From contig CM082584.2 of the NCBI GenBank assembly GCA_040954595.2, positions 1,164,281 to 1,228,280 on the forward strand: a stretch of 64,000 bases of DNA, written 5' to 3'. The DNA comes from Balanoglossus misakiensis. Taxonomy: Eukaryota; Animalia; Hemichordata. Below are positions 39,601 to 52,400 of this stretch, piece by piece; positions within the stretch are counted from its first letter, which is position 1, and each line of letters opens with the position of its first letter. The translations under genes were made by a program, and so were the position numbers. The notes below the pieces were generated by a model, which saw nothing but the letters and a program-made list of their open reading frames with translations, was not told the DNA's origin and did no database searches.

Positions 39601-42596
39601 TCGACGAAATTTTGAGATTTTGCAAAGTCGAAAATTTGTCATTTTTTGATGATTTTCACCCATGATTTTTTCAAAAATCGACGAAATTTTGAGATTTTGC
39701 AAAGTCGAAAATTTGTCATATTTTGATGATTTTCACCAATGTTTTTTTTTAAAAATCGACGAACCCATGATTTTTTTCAAAATCGACGAAATTTTGAGAT
39801 TTTGCATAATCGAAAATTTGTCATTTTTTGATGATTTTCACCCATGATTTTTTTTAAAAATGAACGAAATTTTGAGATTTTGCAAAGTCAAAAATTTGTC
39901 GTTTTTTGATGATTTTCAACCATTATTTTTTTTCAAAAATGGACGAAATTTTGAGATTTTGAAAAGACGAAAATTTGTCATTTTTTGATGATTTTCACCA
40001 TGATTTTTTTTCAAAAATCGACGAAATTTTGAGATTTTGCAAAGTCGAAAATTTGTCATTTTTTGATGATTTTCACCATGATTTTTTTTCAAAAATCGAC
40101 GAAATTTTGAGATTTTGCAAAGTCGAAAATTTGTCATTTTTTGATGATTTTCACCCATGATTTTTTCAAAAATCGACGAAATTTTGAGATTTTGCAAAGT
40201 CGAAAATTTGTCATATTTTGATGATTTTCACCAATTTTTTTTTTTAAAAATCGACGAACCCATGATTTTTTTCAAAATCGACGAAATTTTGCGATTTTGC
40301 ATAATCGAAAATTTGTCATTTTTTGATGATTTTCACCCATGATTTTTTTTAAAAATGAACGAAATTTTGAGATTTTGCAAAGTCAAAAATTTGTCGTTTT
40401 TTGATGATTTTCAACCATTATTTTTTTTCAAAAATGGACGAAATTTTGAGATTTTGAAAAGACGAAAATTTGTCATTTTTTGATGATTTTCACCATGATT
40501 TTTTTTCAAAAATCGACGAAATTTTGAGATTTTGCAAAGTCGAAAATTTGTCATTTTTTGATGATTTTCACCATGATTTTTTTTCAAAAATCGACGAAAT
40601 TTTGAGATTTTGCAAAGTCGAAAATTTGTCATTTTTTGATGATTTTCACCCATGATTTTTTTCAAAAATCGACGAAATGTTGAGATTTTGCAAAGTCGAA
40701 AATTTGTCATTTTTTGATGATTTTCACCCATGATTTTTTTTCAAAAATCGACGAAATGTTGAGATTTTGCATAATCGAAAATGTGTCATTTTTTCATGAT
40801 TTTCACCCATGATTTTTTTTCAAAAATCGACGAAATTTTGAGATTTTGCATAATCGAAAATGTGTCATTTTTTGATGATTTTTACCCATGATTTTTTTTC
40901 AAAACTCGACGAAATTTTGAGATTTTGCAAAGTCGAAAATTTGTCATTTTTTGATGATTTTCACCCATGTTTTTTTTTTAAAAATCGACGAACCTAGGAT
41001 TTTTTTCAAAATCGACGAAATTTTGTGATTTTACAAAGTCGAAAATTTTGTCATTTTTTGATGATTTTCAACCATGATTTTTTTTCAAAAATCGACGAAA
41101 ATTTGAGATTTTGCAAAGACGAAAATTTGTCATTTTTGATGATTTTTACCCATGATTTTTATTCAAAAATGGACGAAATTTTGAGATTTTGCAAAGACGA
41201 AAATTTGTCATTTTTTGATGATTTTCACCCATGATTTTTTTTTCAAAAATCGACGAAATTTTGAGATTTTGCAAAGTCGAAAATTTGTCATTTTTTGATG
41301 ATTTTGCCCCATGTTTTTTTTTTTAAATGGACGAAATTTTGAGATTTTGCAAAGACGAAAATTTTTCATTTTTTGATGATTTTCACCCATGTTTTTTTTT
41401 TAAAATCGACGAACCTATGATTTTTTTCAAAATCGACGAAATTTTGAGATTTTGCAAAGTCGAAAATGTGTCATTTTTTGATGATTTTCACCCATGATTT
41501 TTATTCAAAAATGGACGAAATTTTGAGATTTTGCAAAGTCGAAAATTTGTCATTTTTTGATGATTTTCACCCATATTATTTTTCAAAAACCGACGAAATT
41601 TTGAGATTTAGCAAAGACGAAAATTTGTCATTTTTTGATGATTTTTACCCATGATTTTTTCAAAAATTGACGAAATTTTGAGATTTTGCAAAGTCGAAAA
41701 TTTGTCATTTTTTGATGATTTTCACCCATGATTTTTTTTCAAAAATCGACGAAATTTTAAGATTTTGCAAAGACGAAAATTTGTCATTTTTGATGATTTT
41801 TACCCATGATTTTTTTTCAAAAATCGACGAAATTTTTAGATTTTGCAAAGACGAAAATTTGTCATTTTTGATGATTTTTACCCATGATTTTTATTCAAAA
41901 ATGGACGAAATTTTGAGATTTTGCAAAGACGAAAATTTGTCATTTTTTGATGATTTTCACCCATGATTTTTTTTTCAAAAATCGACGAAATTTTGAGATT
42001 TTGCAAAGTCGAAAATTTGTCATTTTTTGATGATTTTGCCCCATGTTTTTTTTTTTAAATGGACGAAATTTTGAGATTTTGCAAAGACGAAAATTTTTCA
42101 TTTTTTGATGATTTTCACCCATGTTTTTTTTTTAAAATCGACGAACCTATGATTTTTTTCAAAATCGACGAAATTTTGAGATTTTGCAAAGTCGAAAATG
42201 TGTCATTTTTTGATGATTTTCACCCATGATTTTTATTCAAAAATGGACGAAATTTTGAGATTTTGCAAAGTCGAAAATTTGTCATTTTTTGATGATTTTC
42301 ACCCATATTATTTTTCAAAAACCGACGAAATTTTGAGATTTAGCAAAGACGAAAATTTGTCATTTTTTGATGATTTTTACCCATGATTTTTTCAAAAATT
42401 GACGAAATTTTGAGATTTTGCAAAGTCGAAAATTTGTCATTTTTTGATGATTTTCACCCATGATTTTTTTCAAAAGTCGACGAAATTTTAAGATTTTGCA
42501 AAGACGAAAATTTGTCATTTTTGATGATTTTTACCCATGATTTTTTTTCAAAAATCGACGAAATTTTTAGATTTTTCAAAGTCGAAAATGTGTCAT
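27687..42596 (+). repeat. 78-bp satellite DNA, segment 2
   Basis: Same monomer and orientation as segment 1; resumes in register after the insertion. Confidence 0.98.
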
Positions 42597-45500
42597 TAGG
42601 GCACAAGCCAAGCAGGCTTGTGCCCTATTGGTATTACTGGGGTTTTTCATCTTTTTAGGGCACAAGCGCCCTCAGGCGCTTGTGCCCTATTGGTTTTACC
42701 CTGTTTTTTCTTCTACTTCTTTTTCTTGTGCAGTTTTTTTGCCAACTAGGATCTTGGAAATGGCTGAAGCTACGAATCTCAAACTTGGCACAATGGTGCA
42801 GGTCTATGAGAGCTCGTGCAGTACCCTCGTGAATGTGTAATTAGTCACATGACCTGATGACCATATATGGGCAAAGTTTTCAAATGGGCCTAATTTGCAT
42901 ATGAATGGAGATATCAACATTCTTTTAGCGATTTTTGCGGACCATGTGGTCAGTGTCCTACATGCCAAATGTCAAGGCCGTGGGCCAAGTCTATTTTGAG
43001 AAGAAGATTTTTTTATTTTTCATATTTTTGGACCCAGCCATAGGCCTATACTTTCTATAGTTAAGCTATCACGCTATGTCCAGGTTGGCTGTGCAATGGT
43101 CCTGTACAGTGACTCTCTATTGGCCCGTGAGCAGAATGGGACCACAATAAAAGGCAAAATTTTGGGCTCACCTGTAACACCTGCTTAACTCATTAATTAT
43201 GTGCATACCTAATTCCAGGCTAACTAATAGGGCTAGAGGTTTTGTTCTTGTGGGACATGGACCAGTATGGGATCAAAAATTTGCCCAAATTTTGGGTGAC
43301 CTCAGGTGACCTTTGACCTACTTTCATATATCTCGGCATCCACAGCAGGTACAGACTTGGCGTTTGGAGGGTTGTGACTAAAATTGAAAAGACAAAATTG
43401 AAGGTCACCTGTGACACCTGCATATCTCATTAATTATGTGCATACCTAATTCCAGGCTAGCAAATAGGGCTAGAGGTTTGATTTTTGTTAAACATGGACC
43501 AGTATGGGATCAAACATTTTTGCCCAATTTTTGGGTGACCTCAGGTGACCTTTGACCTACTTTACCATAACTCGGCAACCAGCGCAGATACAGCTTTGGC
43601 ATTTGGAGGGTTGTGACTCCTAATGGAGCCTTATACTTTACCTCATTAATTATGTGCATATCTAATTCTAGGCGAACCAATAGGGCTAGATGTCTGGTTT
43701 TTCTTGGACCTGGACTAGTATGGGGTTAAAATGTTTTGCCCAACTTTCAAGTGGCCTCACATGACCTTTGACCCATTTTCCTATATCTCGGCATCCAGAA
43801 CAGGTACAGTATTTATGTTTGGATGGATCGAACTATTAATGGAGTCTTACACTTTACATAATTAATTATGCGCATATATAATTTCAGACAAACCAATAGG
43901 GCTAGAGGTCTGGTTTTTGTTGGACCTGGACTAGTATGGGATCAACATTTTTTGCCCAAATTTTGGGTGACCACATATGACCTTTGACCTTCGGCTTAAG
44001 CTTGTGCCCGTCATCGCTGCTTGCAGCTATATTTTTTTTTTTTTTTTCTTGTGTAGTTTTTTTGCTCAGGTAGATCTTGAAAACGGCTGAACCTACAAAT
44101 CTCAAACTTGGCACAATGGTGCAGGTCTATGAGAGCTCGTGCAGTACCCTCGTGAATGTGTAATTAGTCACATGACCTGATGACCATATATGGGCAAAGT
44201 TTTCAAATGGGCCTAATTTGCATATGAATGACGATATCAAAATTCTGTGCAATCATTTTGCGGACCATATGGTCAGTGTCCTACATGCTAAATTTCAAGG
44301 CTCTGGGCCAAGTCAATTTTGAGAAGAAGATTTTTAAAGTTTATATTTCATATTTTTTGGACCCAGCCATGGGCCTATACTTTCTATAGTTAAGCTATGA
44401 CGCTATGTCCACGTCTGTGCAATGGTCCTGTACAGTGACTCTCTATTGGCCCGTGAGCAGAATGGGACCACAATAAAAGGCAAAATTTTCGGCTCACCTG
44501 TAACACCTGCTTAACTCATTAATTATGTGCATACCTAATTCCAGGCTAACTAATACAGCTAGAGGTTTTGTTCTTGTCGGACATGGACCAGTATGGGATC
44601 AAAAATGTTTGCCCAAATTTTGGGTGACCTCAGGTGACCTTTGACCTAATTTCCTATATCTTGGCATCCACAGCAGGTACAGACTTGGCGTATGGAGGGT
44701 TGTGACTAAAATTGAAAAGACAAAATTGGGGGGTCACCTGTGACACCTGCTTATCTCATTAATTATGTGCATACCTAATTCCAGGCTAGCCAATAGGGCT
44801 AGAGGTTTGATTTTTGTTGAACATGGACCAGTATGGGGTTAAAATTTCTTGCCCAATTTTGGGTGACCTCAGGTGACCTTTGACCTACTTTACCATATCT
44901 CGGCAACCCACGCAGATACAGGCATTGCATTTGGAGGCATGGAACTCCTAATGGAGCCTTATACTTTACCTCATTAATTATGTGCATATCTAATTCTAGG
45001 CGAGCCAATAGGGCTAGAGGTCTGGTTTTTGTTGGACCTGGACTAGTATGGGGTCAAAAATTTTTGCCCAACTTTCGGGTGGCCTCAGGTGACCTTTGAC
45101 CTACTTTCCTATATCTCGGCATCCAGAACAGGTACAGCATTTGTGTTTGGATGGATCGAACTATTAATGGAGTCTTACACTTTACATCATTCATTATGCG
45201 CATATCTAATTTCAGACAAGCCAATAGGGCTAGAGGTCTGGTTTCTGTTGGACCTGGACTAGTATTGGGATCAAAACTTTTTGCCCAAATTTTGGGCGAC
45301 CACATATGACCTTTGACCGTCGGCTTAAGCTTGTGCCCGTCATCGCTGCTTGCAGCTATATTTTTTTTTTTTTTTTTTCTTGTGTAGTTTTTTTGCTCAG
45401 GTAGATCTTGAAAACGGCTGAACCTACAAATCTCAAACTTGGCACAATGGTGCAGGTCTATGAGAGCTCGTGCAGTACCCTTGTGAATGTGTAATTAGTC

Positions 45501-46474
45501 ACATGACCTGATGACCATATATGGGCAAAGTTTTCAAATGGGCCTAATTTGCATATGAATGACGATATCAAAATTCTGTGCAATCATTTTGCGGACCATA
45601 TGGTCAGTGTCCTACATGCTAAATTTCAAGGCTCTGGGCCAAGTCAATTTTGAGAAGAAGATTTTTAAATATTATATTTCATATTTTTTGGACCCAGCCA
45701 TAGGCCTATACTTTCAATAGTTAAGCTATGATGCTATGTCCACATCTGTGCAATGGTCCTGTACTGTGATTCTCTATTGGCCCGTGAGCAAAATGGGACC
45801 AAAATAAAAGGCAAAATTTTGGGCTCACCTGTAACACCTGCTTAACTCATTAATTATGTGCATACCTAATTCTAGGCTAACTAATAGGGCTAGAGGTTTT
45901 GTGCTTGTGGGACATGGACCAGTATAGGGTAAAAAAAAATTGCCCAAATTTTGGGTGACCTCAGGTGACCTTTGACCTACTTTCCTATATCTCGGCATCC
46001 AGAGCAGGTACAGACTTGGCGTTTGGAGGGTTGGGACTAAAATTTAAAAGCCAAAATTGAGGGTCACCTGTGACACCTGCTTATCTCATTAATTATGTGC
46101 ATACCTAATTCCAGGCCAACCAATAGGACTAGAGGTTTGATTTTTGCTGAACATGAACCAGTATGGGGTCAAAATTTCTTGCCCAAATTTTGGGTGACCT
46201 CAGGTGACCTTTGACCTACTTTATCATATCTCGGCATGCACAGCAGCTACAGCCTTGGCATTTGGAGGGATGGAACTCCTGATGGAGCCTTACACTTTAC
46301 CTCATTAATTATGCACATACATAATTGTAGGCGAACCAATAGGGCTAGAGATTTTGTTCTTGTGGGACACGGACCAGTATGGGGTCAAAATTTCTTGCCC
46401 AAATTTTGGGTGACCACTTATGACCTTTGACCTTCGGCTTAAGCTTGGGCCCGTCATCGCTGCTTGCAGCTATA
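42597..46474 (+). mobile_element. Nested/tandem non-autonomous Helentron (HINE/DINE-1-type) complex inserted in a T-run
   Basis: 5' hairpins TAGGGCACAAGCC-AAGCA-GGCTTGTGCCCTA (42597-42627) and TAGGGCACAAGCGCC-CTCA-GGCGCTTGTGCCCTA (42656-42689). 3' subterminal IR GCTTG(T/G)GCCC plus palindrome GCTGCTTGCAGC-TATA-polyT ends at 44031, 45360 and 46474. The satellite site GTCA-TTTTTT-CATG is split within its T-run with no classical TSD. Confidence 0.85.
43190..46435 (+). repeat. Internal ~216-240 bp tandem subrepeats of the Helentron bodies (4+4+3 copies)
   Basis: CATTAATTATG(T/C)GCA-type motif at ~43191, 43428, 43644, 43860; 44517, 44757, 44972, 45188; 45848, 46087, 46303. Each is followed by AATAGGGCTAGAGG-like and TGACCTTTGACC motifs. 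Confidence 0.9.
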
Positions 46475-49400
46475 TTTTTTTCATGATTTTCACCCATGAT
46501 TTTTTTTCAAAAATCGACGAAATTTTGAGATTTTGCATAATCGAAAATGTGTCATTTTTTGATGATTTTTACCCATGATTTTTTTTCAAAAATCGACGAA
46601 ATTTTGAGATTTTGCAAAGTCGAAAATTTGTCATTTTTTGATGATTTTCACCCATGTTTTTTTTTTAAAAATCGACGAACCTAGGATTTTTTTCAAAATC
46701 GACGAAATTTTGTGATTTTACAAAGTCGAAAATTTTGTCATTTTTTGATGATTTTCAACCATGATTTTTTTTCAAAAATCGACGAAAATTTGAGATTTTG
46801 CAAAGACGAAAATTTGTCATTTTTGATGATTTTTACCCATGATTTTTATTCAAAAATGGACGAAATTTTGAGATTTTGCAAAGACGAAAATTTGTCATTT
46901 TTTGATGATTTTCACCCATGATTTTTTTTTCAAAAATCGACGAAATTTTGAGATTTTGCAAAGTCGAAAATTTGTCATTTTTTGATGATTTTGCCCCATG
47001 TTTTTTTTTTTAAATGGACGAAATTTTGAGATTTTGCAAAGACGAAAATTTTTCATTTTTTGATGATTTTCAACCATGTTTTTTTTTTAAAAATCGACGA
47101 ACCTATGATTTTTTTCAAAATCGACGAAATTTTGTGATTTTACAAAGTCGAAAATTTTGTCATTTTTTGATGATTTTCACCATGATTTTTTTTCAAAAAT
47201 CGACGAAATTTTGAGATTTTGCAAAGTCGAAAATTTGTCATTTTTTGATGATTTTCACCCATGATTTTTTCAAAAATCGACGAAATTTTGAGATTTTGCA
47301 AAGTCGAAATTTTGTCATATTTTGATGATTTTCACCAATGTTTTTTTTTAAAAATCGACGAACCCATGATTTTTTTCAAAATCGACGAAATTTTGAGATT
47401 TTGCATAATCGAAAATTTGTCATTTTTTGATGATTTTCACCCATGATTTTTTTTAAAAATGAACGAAATTTTGAGATTTTGCAAAGTCAAAAATTTGTCG
47501 TTTTTTGATGTTTTTCAACCATTATTTTTTTTCAAAAATGGACGAAATTTTGAGATTTTGAAAAGACGAAAATTTGTCATTTTTTGATGATTTTCACCAT
47601 GATTTTTTTTCAAAAATCGACGAAATTTTGAGATTTTGCAAAGTCGAAAATTTGTCATTTTTTGATGATTTTCACCATGATTTTTTTTCAAAAATCGACG
47701 AAATTTTGAGATTTTGCAAAGTCGAAAATTTGTCATTTTTTGATGATTTTCACCCATGATTTTTTTCAAAAATCGACGAAATGTTGAGATTTTGCAAAGT
47801 CGAAAATTTGTCATTTTTTGATGATTTTCACCCATGATTTTTTTTCAAAAATCGACGAAATTTTGAGATTTTGCATAATCGAAAATGTGTCATTTTTTCA
47901 TGATTTTCACCCATGATTTTTTTTCAAAAATCGACGAAATTTTGAGATTTTGCATAATCGAAAATGTGTCATTTTTTGATAATTTTTACCCATGATTTTT
48001 TTTCAAAAATCGACGAAATTTTGAGATTTTGCAAAGTCGAAAATTTGTCATTTTTTGATGATTTTCAGCCATGTTTTTTTTTCAAAAATCGACGAACCTA
48101 GGATTTTTTTCAAAATCGACGAAATTTTGTGATTTTACAAAGTCGAAAATTTTGTCATTTTTTGATGATTTTCAACCATGATTTTTTTTCAAAAATCGAC
48201 GAAAATTTGAGATTTTGCAAAGACGAAAATTTGTCATTTTTGATGATTTTTACCCATGATTTTTATTCAAAAATGGACGAAATTTTGAGATTTTGCAAAG
48301 ACGAAAATTTGTCATTTTTTGATAATTTTCACCCATGATTTTTTTTTCAAAAATCGACGAAATTTTGAGATTTTGCAAAGTCGAAAATTTGTCATTTTTT
48401 GATGATTTTGCCCCATGTTTTTTTTTTTAAATGGACGAAATTTTGAGATTTTGCAAAGACGAAAATTTTTCATTTTTTGATGATTTTCAACCATGTTTTT
48501 TTTTTAAAAATCGACGAACCTATGATTTTTTTCAAAATCGACGAAATTTTGTGATTTTACAAAGTCAAAAATTTGTCATATTTTGATGATTTTCACCCAT
48601 GATTTTTTCAAAAATCGACGAAATTTTGAGATTTTGCAAAGTCGAAAATTTGTCATATTTTGATGATTTTCACCAATGTTTTTTTTTAAAAATCGACGAA
48701 CCCATGATTTTTTTCAAAATCGACGAAATTTTGAGATTTTGCATAATCGAAAATTTGTCATTTTTTGATGATTTTCACCCATGATTTTTTTTAAAAATGA
48801 ACGAAATTTTGAGATTTTGCAAAGTCAAAAATTTGTCGTTTTTTGATGATTTTCAACCATTATTTTTTTTCAAAAATGGACGAAATTTTGAGATTTTGAA
48901 AAGACGAAAATTTGTCATTTTTTGATGATTTTCACCATGATTTTTTTTCAAAAATCGACGAAATTTTGAGATTTTGCAAAGTCGAAAATTTGTCATTTTT
49001 TGATGATTTTCACCATGATTTTTTTTCAAAAATCGACGAAATTTTGAGATTTTGCAAAGTCGAAAATTTGTCATTTTTTGATGATTTTCACCCATGATTT
49101 TTTTCAAAAATCGACGAAATGTTGAGATTTTGCAAAGTCGAAAATTTGTCATTTTTTGATGATTTTCACCCATGATTTTTTTTCAAAAATCGACGAAATG
49201 TTGAGATTTTGCATAATCGAAAATGTGTCATTTTTTCATGATTTTCACCCATGATTTTTTTTCAAAAATCGACGAAATTTTGAGATTTTGCATAATCGAA
49301 AATGTGTCATTTTTTGATGATTTTTACCCATGATTTTTTTTCAAAACTCGACGAAATTTTGAGATTTTGCAAAGTCGAAAATTTGTCATTTTTTGATGAT

Positions 49401-52400
49401 TTTCACCCATGTTTTTTTTTTAAAAATCGACGAACCTAGGATTTTTTTCAAAATCGACGAAATTTTGTGATTTTACAAAGTCGAAAATTTTGTCATTTTT
49501 TGATGATTTTCAACCATGATTTTTTTTCAAAAATCGACGAAAATTTGAGATTTTGCAAAGACGAAAATTTGTCATTTTTGATGATTTTTACCCATGATTT
49601 TTATTCAAAAATGGACGAAATTTTGAGATTTTGCAAAGACGAAAATTTGTCATTTTTTGATGATTTTCACCCATGATTTTTTTTTCAAAAATCGACGAAA
49701 TTTTGAGATTTTGCAAAGTCGAAAATTTGTCATTTTTTGATGATTTTGCCCCATGTTTTTTTTTTTAAATGGACGAAATTTTGAGATTTTGCAAAGACGA
49801 AAATTTTTCATTTTTTGATGATTTTCAACCATGTTTTTTTTTTAAAAATCGACGAACCTATGATATTTTTCAAAATCGACGAAATTTTGTGATTTTGCAT
49901 AATCGAAAATTTGTCATTTTTTGATGATTTTCACCCATGATTTTTTTTAAAAATGAACGAAATTTTGAGATTTTGCAAAGTCAAAAATTTGTCGTTTTTT
50001 GATGATTTTCAACCATTATTTTTTTTCAAAAATGGACGAAATTTTGAGATTTTGAAAAGACGAAAATTTGTCATTTTTTGATGATTTTCACCATGATTTT
50101 TTTTCAAAAATCGACGAAATTTTGAGATTTTGCAAAGTCGAAAATTTGTGATTTTTTGATGATTTTCACCATGATTTTTTTTCAAAAATCGACGAAATTT
50201 TGAGATTTTGCAAAGACGAAAATTTGTCATTTTTTGATGATTTTTACCCATGATTTTTTTTCAAAAATGGACGAAATTTTGAGATTTTGCAAAGTCGAAA
50301 ATTTGTCATTTTTTGATGATTTTCACCAATATTATTTTTCAAAAACCGACGAAATTTTGAGATTTTGCAAAGTCGAAAATTTGTCATTTTTTGATGATTT
50401 TCACCCATGTTTTTTTTTTAAAAATCGACGAACCTATGATTTTTTTCAAAATCGACGAAATTTTTTGATTTTACAAAGTCGAAAATTTTGTCATTTTTTG
50501 ATGATTTTCAACCATGATTTTTTTTCAAAAATCGACGAAAATTTGAGATTTTGCAAAGACGAAAATTTGTCATTTTTGATGATTTTTACCCATGATTTTT
50601 ATTCAAAAATGGACGAAATTTTGAGATTTTGCAAAGACGAAAATTTGTCATTTTTTGATGATTTTCACCCATTATTTTTTTTCAAAAATCGACGAAATTT
50701 TGAGATTTTGCAAAGTCGAAAATTTGTCATTTTTTGATAATTTTCAACCATTATTTTTTTTCAAAATCGACGAAATTTTGAGATTTTGCAAAGACGAAAA
50801 TTTGTCATTTTTTGATGATTTTTACCCATGATTTTTTTTCAAAAATGGACGAAATTTTGAGATTTTGCAAAGTCGAAAATTTGTCATTTTTTGATGATTT
50901 TCACCAATATTATTTTTCAAAAACCGACGAAATTTTGAGATTTAGCAAAGAAGAAAATTTGTCATTTTTTGATGATTTTCACCCATGATTTTTTTTCAAA
51001 AATCGACGAAATTTTGAGATTTTGCATAATCGAAAATGTGTCATTTTTTGATAATTTTCACCCATGATTTTTTTCAAAAATCGACGAAATTTTGAGATTT
51101 TGCAAAGTCGAAAATTTGTCATTTTTTGATGATTTTCACCCATGTTTTTTTTTTAAAAATCGACGAACCTATGATTTTTTTCAAAATCGACGAAATTTTT
51201 TGATTTTACAAAGTCGAAAATTTTGTCATTTTTTGATGATTTTCAACCATGATTTTTTTTCAAAAATCGACGAAAATTTGAGATTTTGCAAAGACGAAAA
51301 TTTGTCATTTTTGATGATTTTTACCCATGATTTTTATTCAAAAATGGACGAAATTTTGAGATTTTGCAAAGACGAAAATTTGTCATTTTTTGATGATTTT
51401 CACCCATGATTTTTTTTCAAAAATCGACGAAATTTTGAGATTTTGCAAAGTCGAAAATTTGTCATTTTTTGATAATTTTCAACCATTATTTTTTTTCAAA
51501 ATCGACGAAATTTTGAGATTTTGCAAAGTCGAAAATTTGTCATTTTTTGATGATTTTCCCCCATGTTTTTTTTTTAAATGGACGAAATTTTGAGATATTG
51601 CAATGACGAAAATTTGTCATTTTTTGATGATTTTTACCCATGATTTTTTTTCAAAAATGGACGAAATTTTGAGATTTTGCAAAGTCGAAAATTTGTCATT
51701 TTTTGATGATTTTCACCAATATTATTTTTCAAAAACCGACGAAATTTTGAGATTTAGCAAAGAAGAAAATTTGTCATTTTTTGATGATTTTTACCCCTGA
51801 TTTTTTTCAAAAATTGACGAAATTTTGAGATTTTGCACAGTCGAAAATTTGTCATTTTTTGATGATTTTCACCCATGATTTTTTTCAAAAATCGACGAAA
51901 TGTTGAGATTTTGCAAAGTCGAAAATTTGTCATTTTTTGATGATTTTCTCCCATGATTTTTTTCAAAAATCGACGAAATTGTGAGATTTTGCAAAGTCGA
52001 AAATTTTTCATTTTTTGATGATTTTCACCCATGTTTTTTTTTTAAAATCGACGAACCTATGATTTTTTTCAAAATCGACGAAATTTTGAGATTTTGCAAA
52101 GTCGAAAATTTGTAATTTTTTGATGATTTTCACCCATGATTTTTTTCAAAAATCGACGAAATGTTGAGATTTTGCAAAGTCGAAAATTTGTAATTTTTTG
52201 ATGATTTTCACCCATGATTTTTTTCAAAAATCGACGAAATGTTGAGATTTTGCAAAGTCGAAAATTTGTCATTTTTTGATGATTTTCTCCCATGATTTTT
52301 TTCAAAAATCGACGAAATTGTGAGATTTTGCAAAGTCGAAAATTTGTCATTTTTTGATGATTTTCACCCATGATTTTTTTCAAAAATCGACGAAATTTTG

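Noticed and set aside
42628-46430. Short ORFs in the Helentron complex
   Set aside because: They derive from internal tandem subrepeats and show no Rep (HUH) or helicase motifs; the element is non-autonomous.
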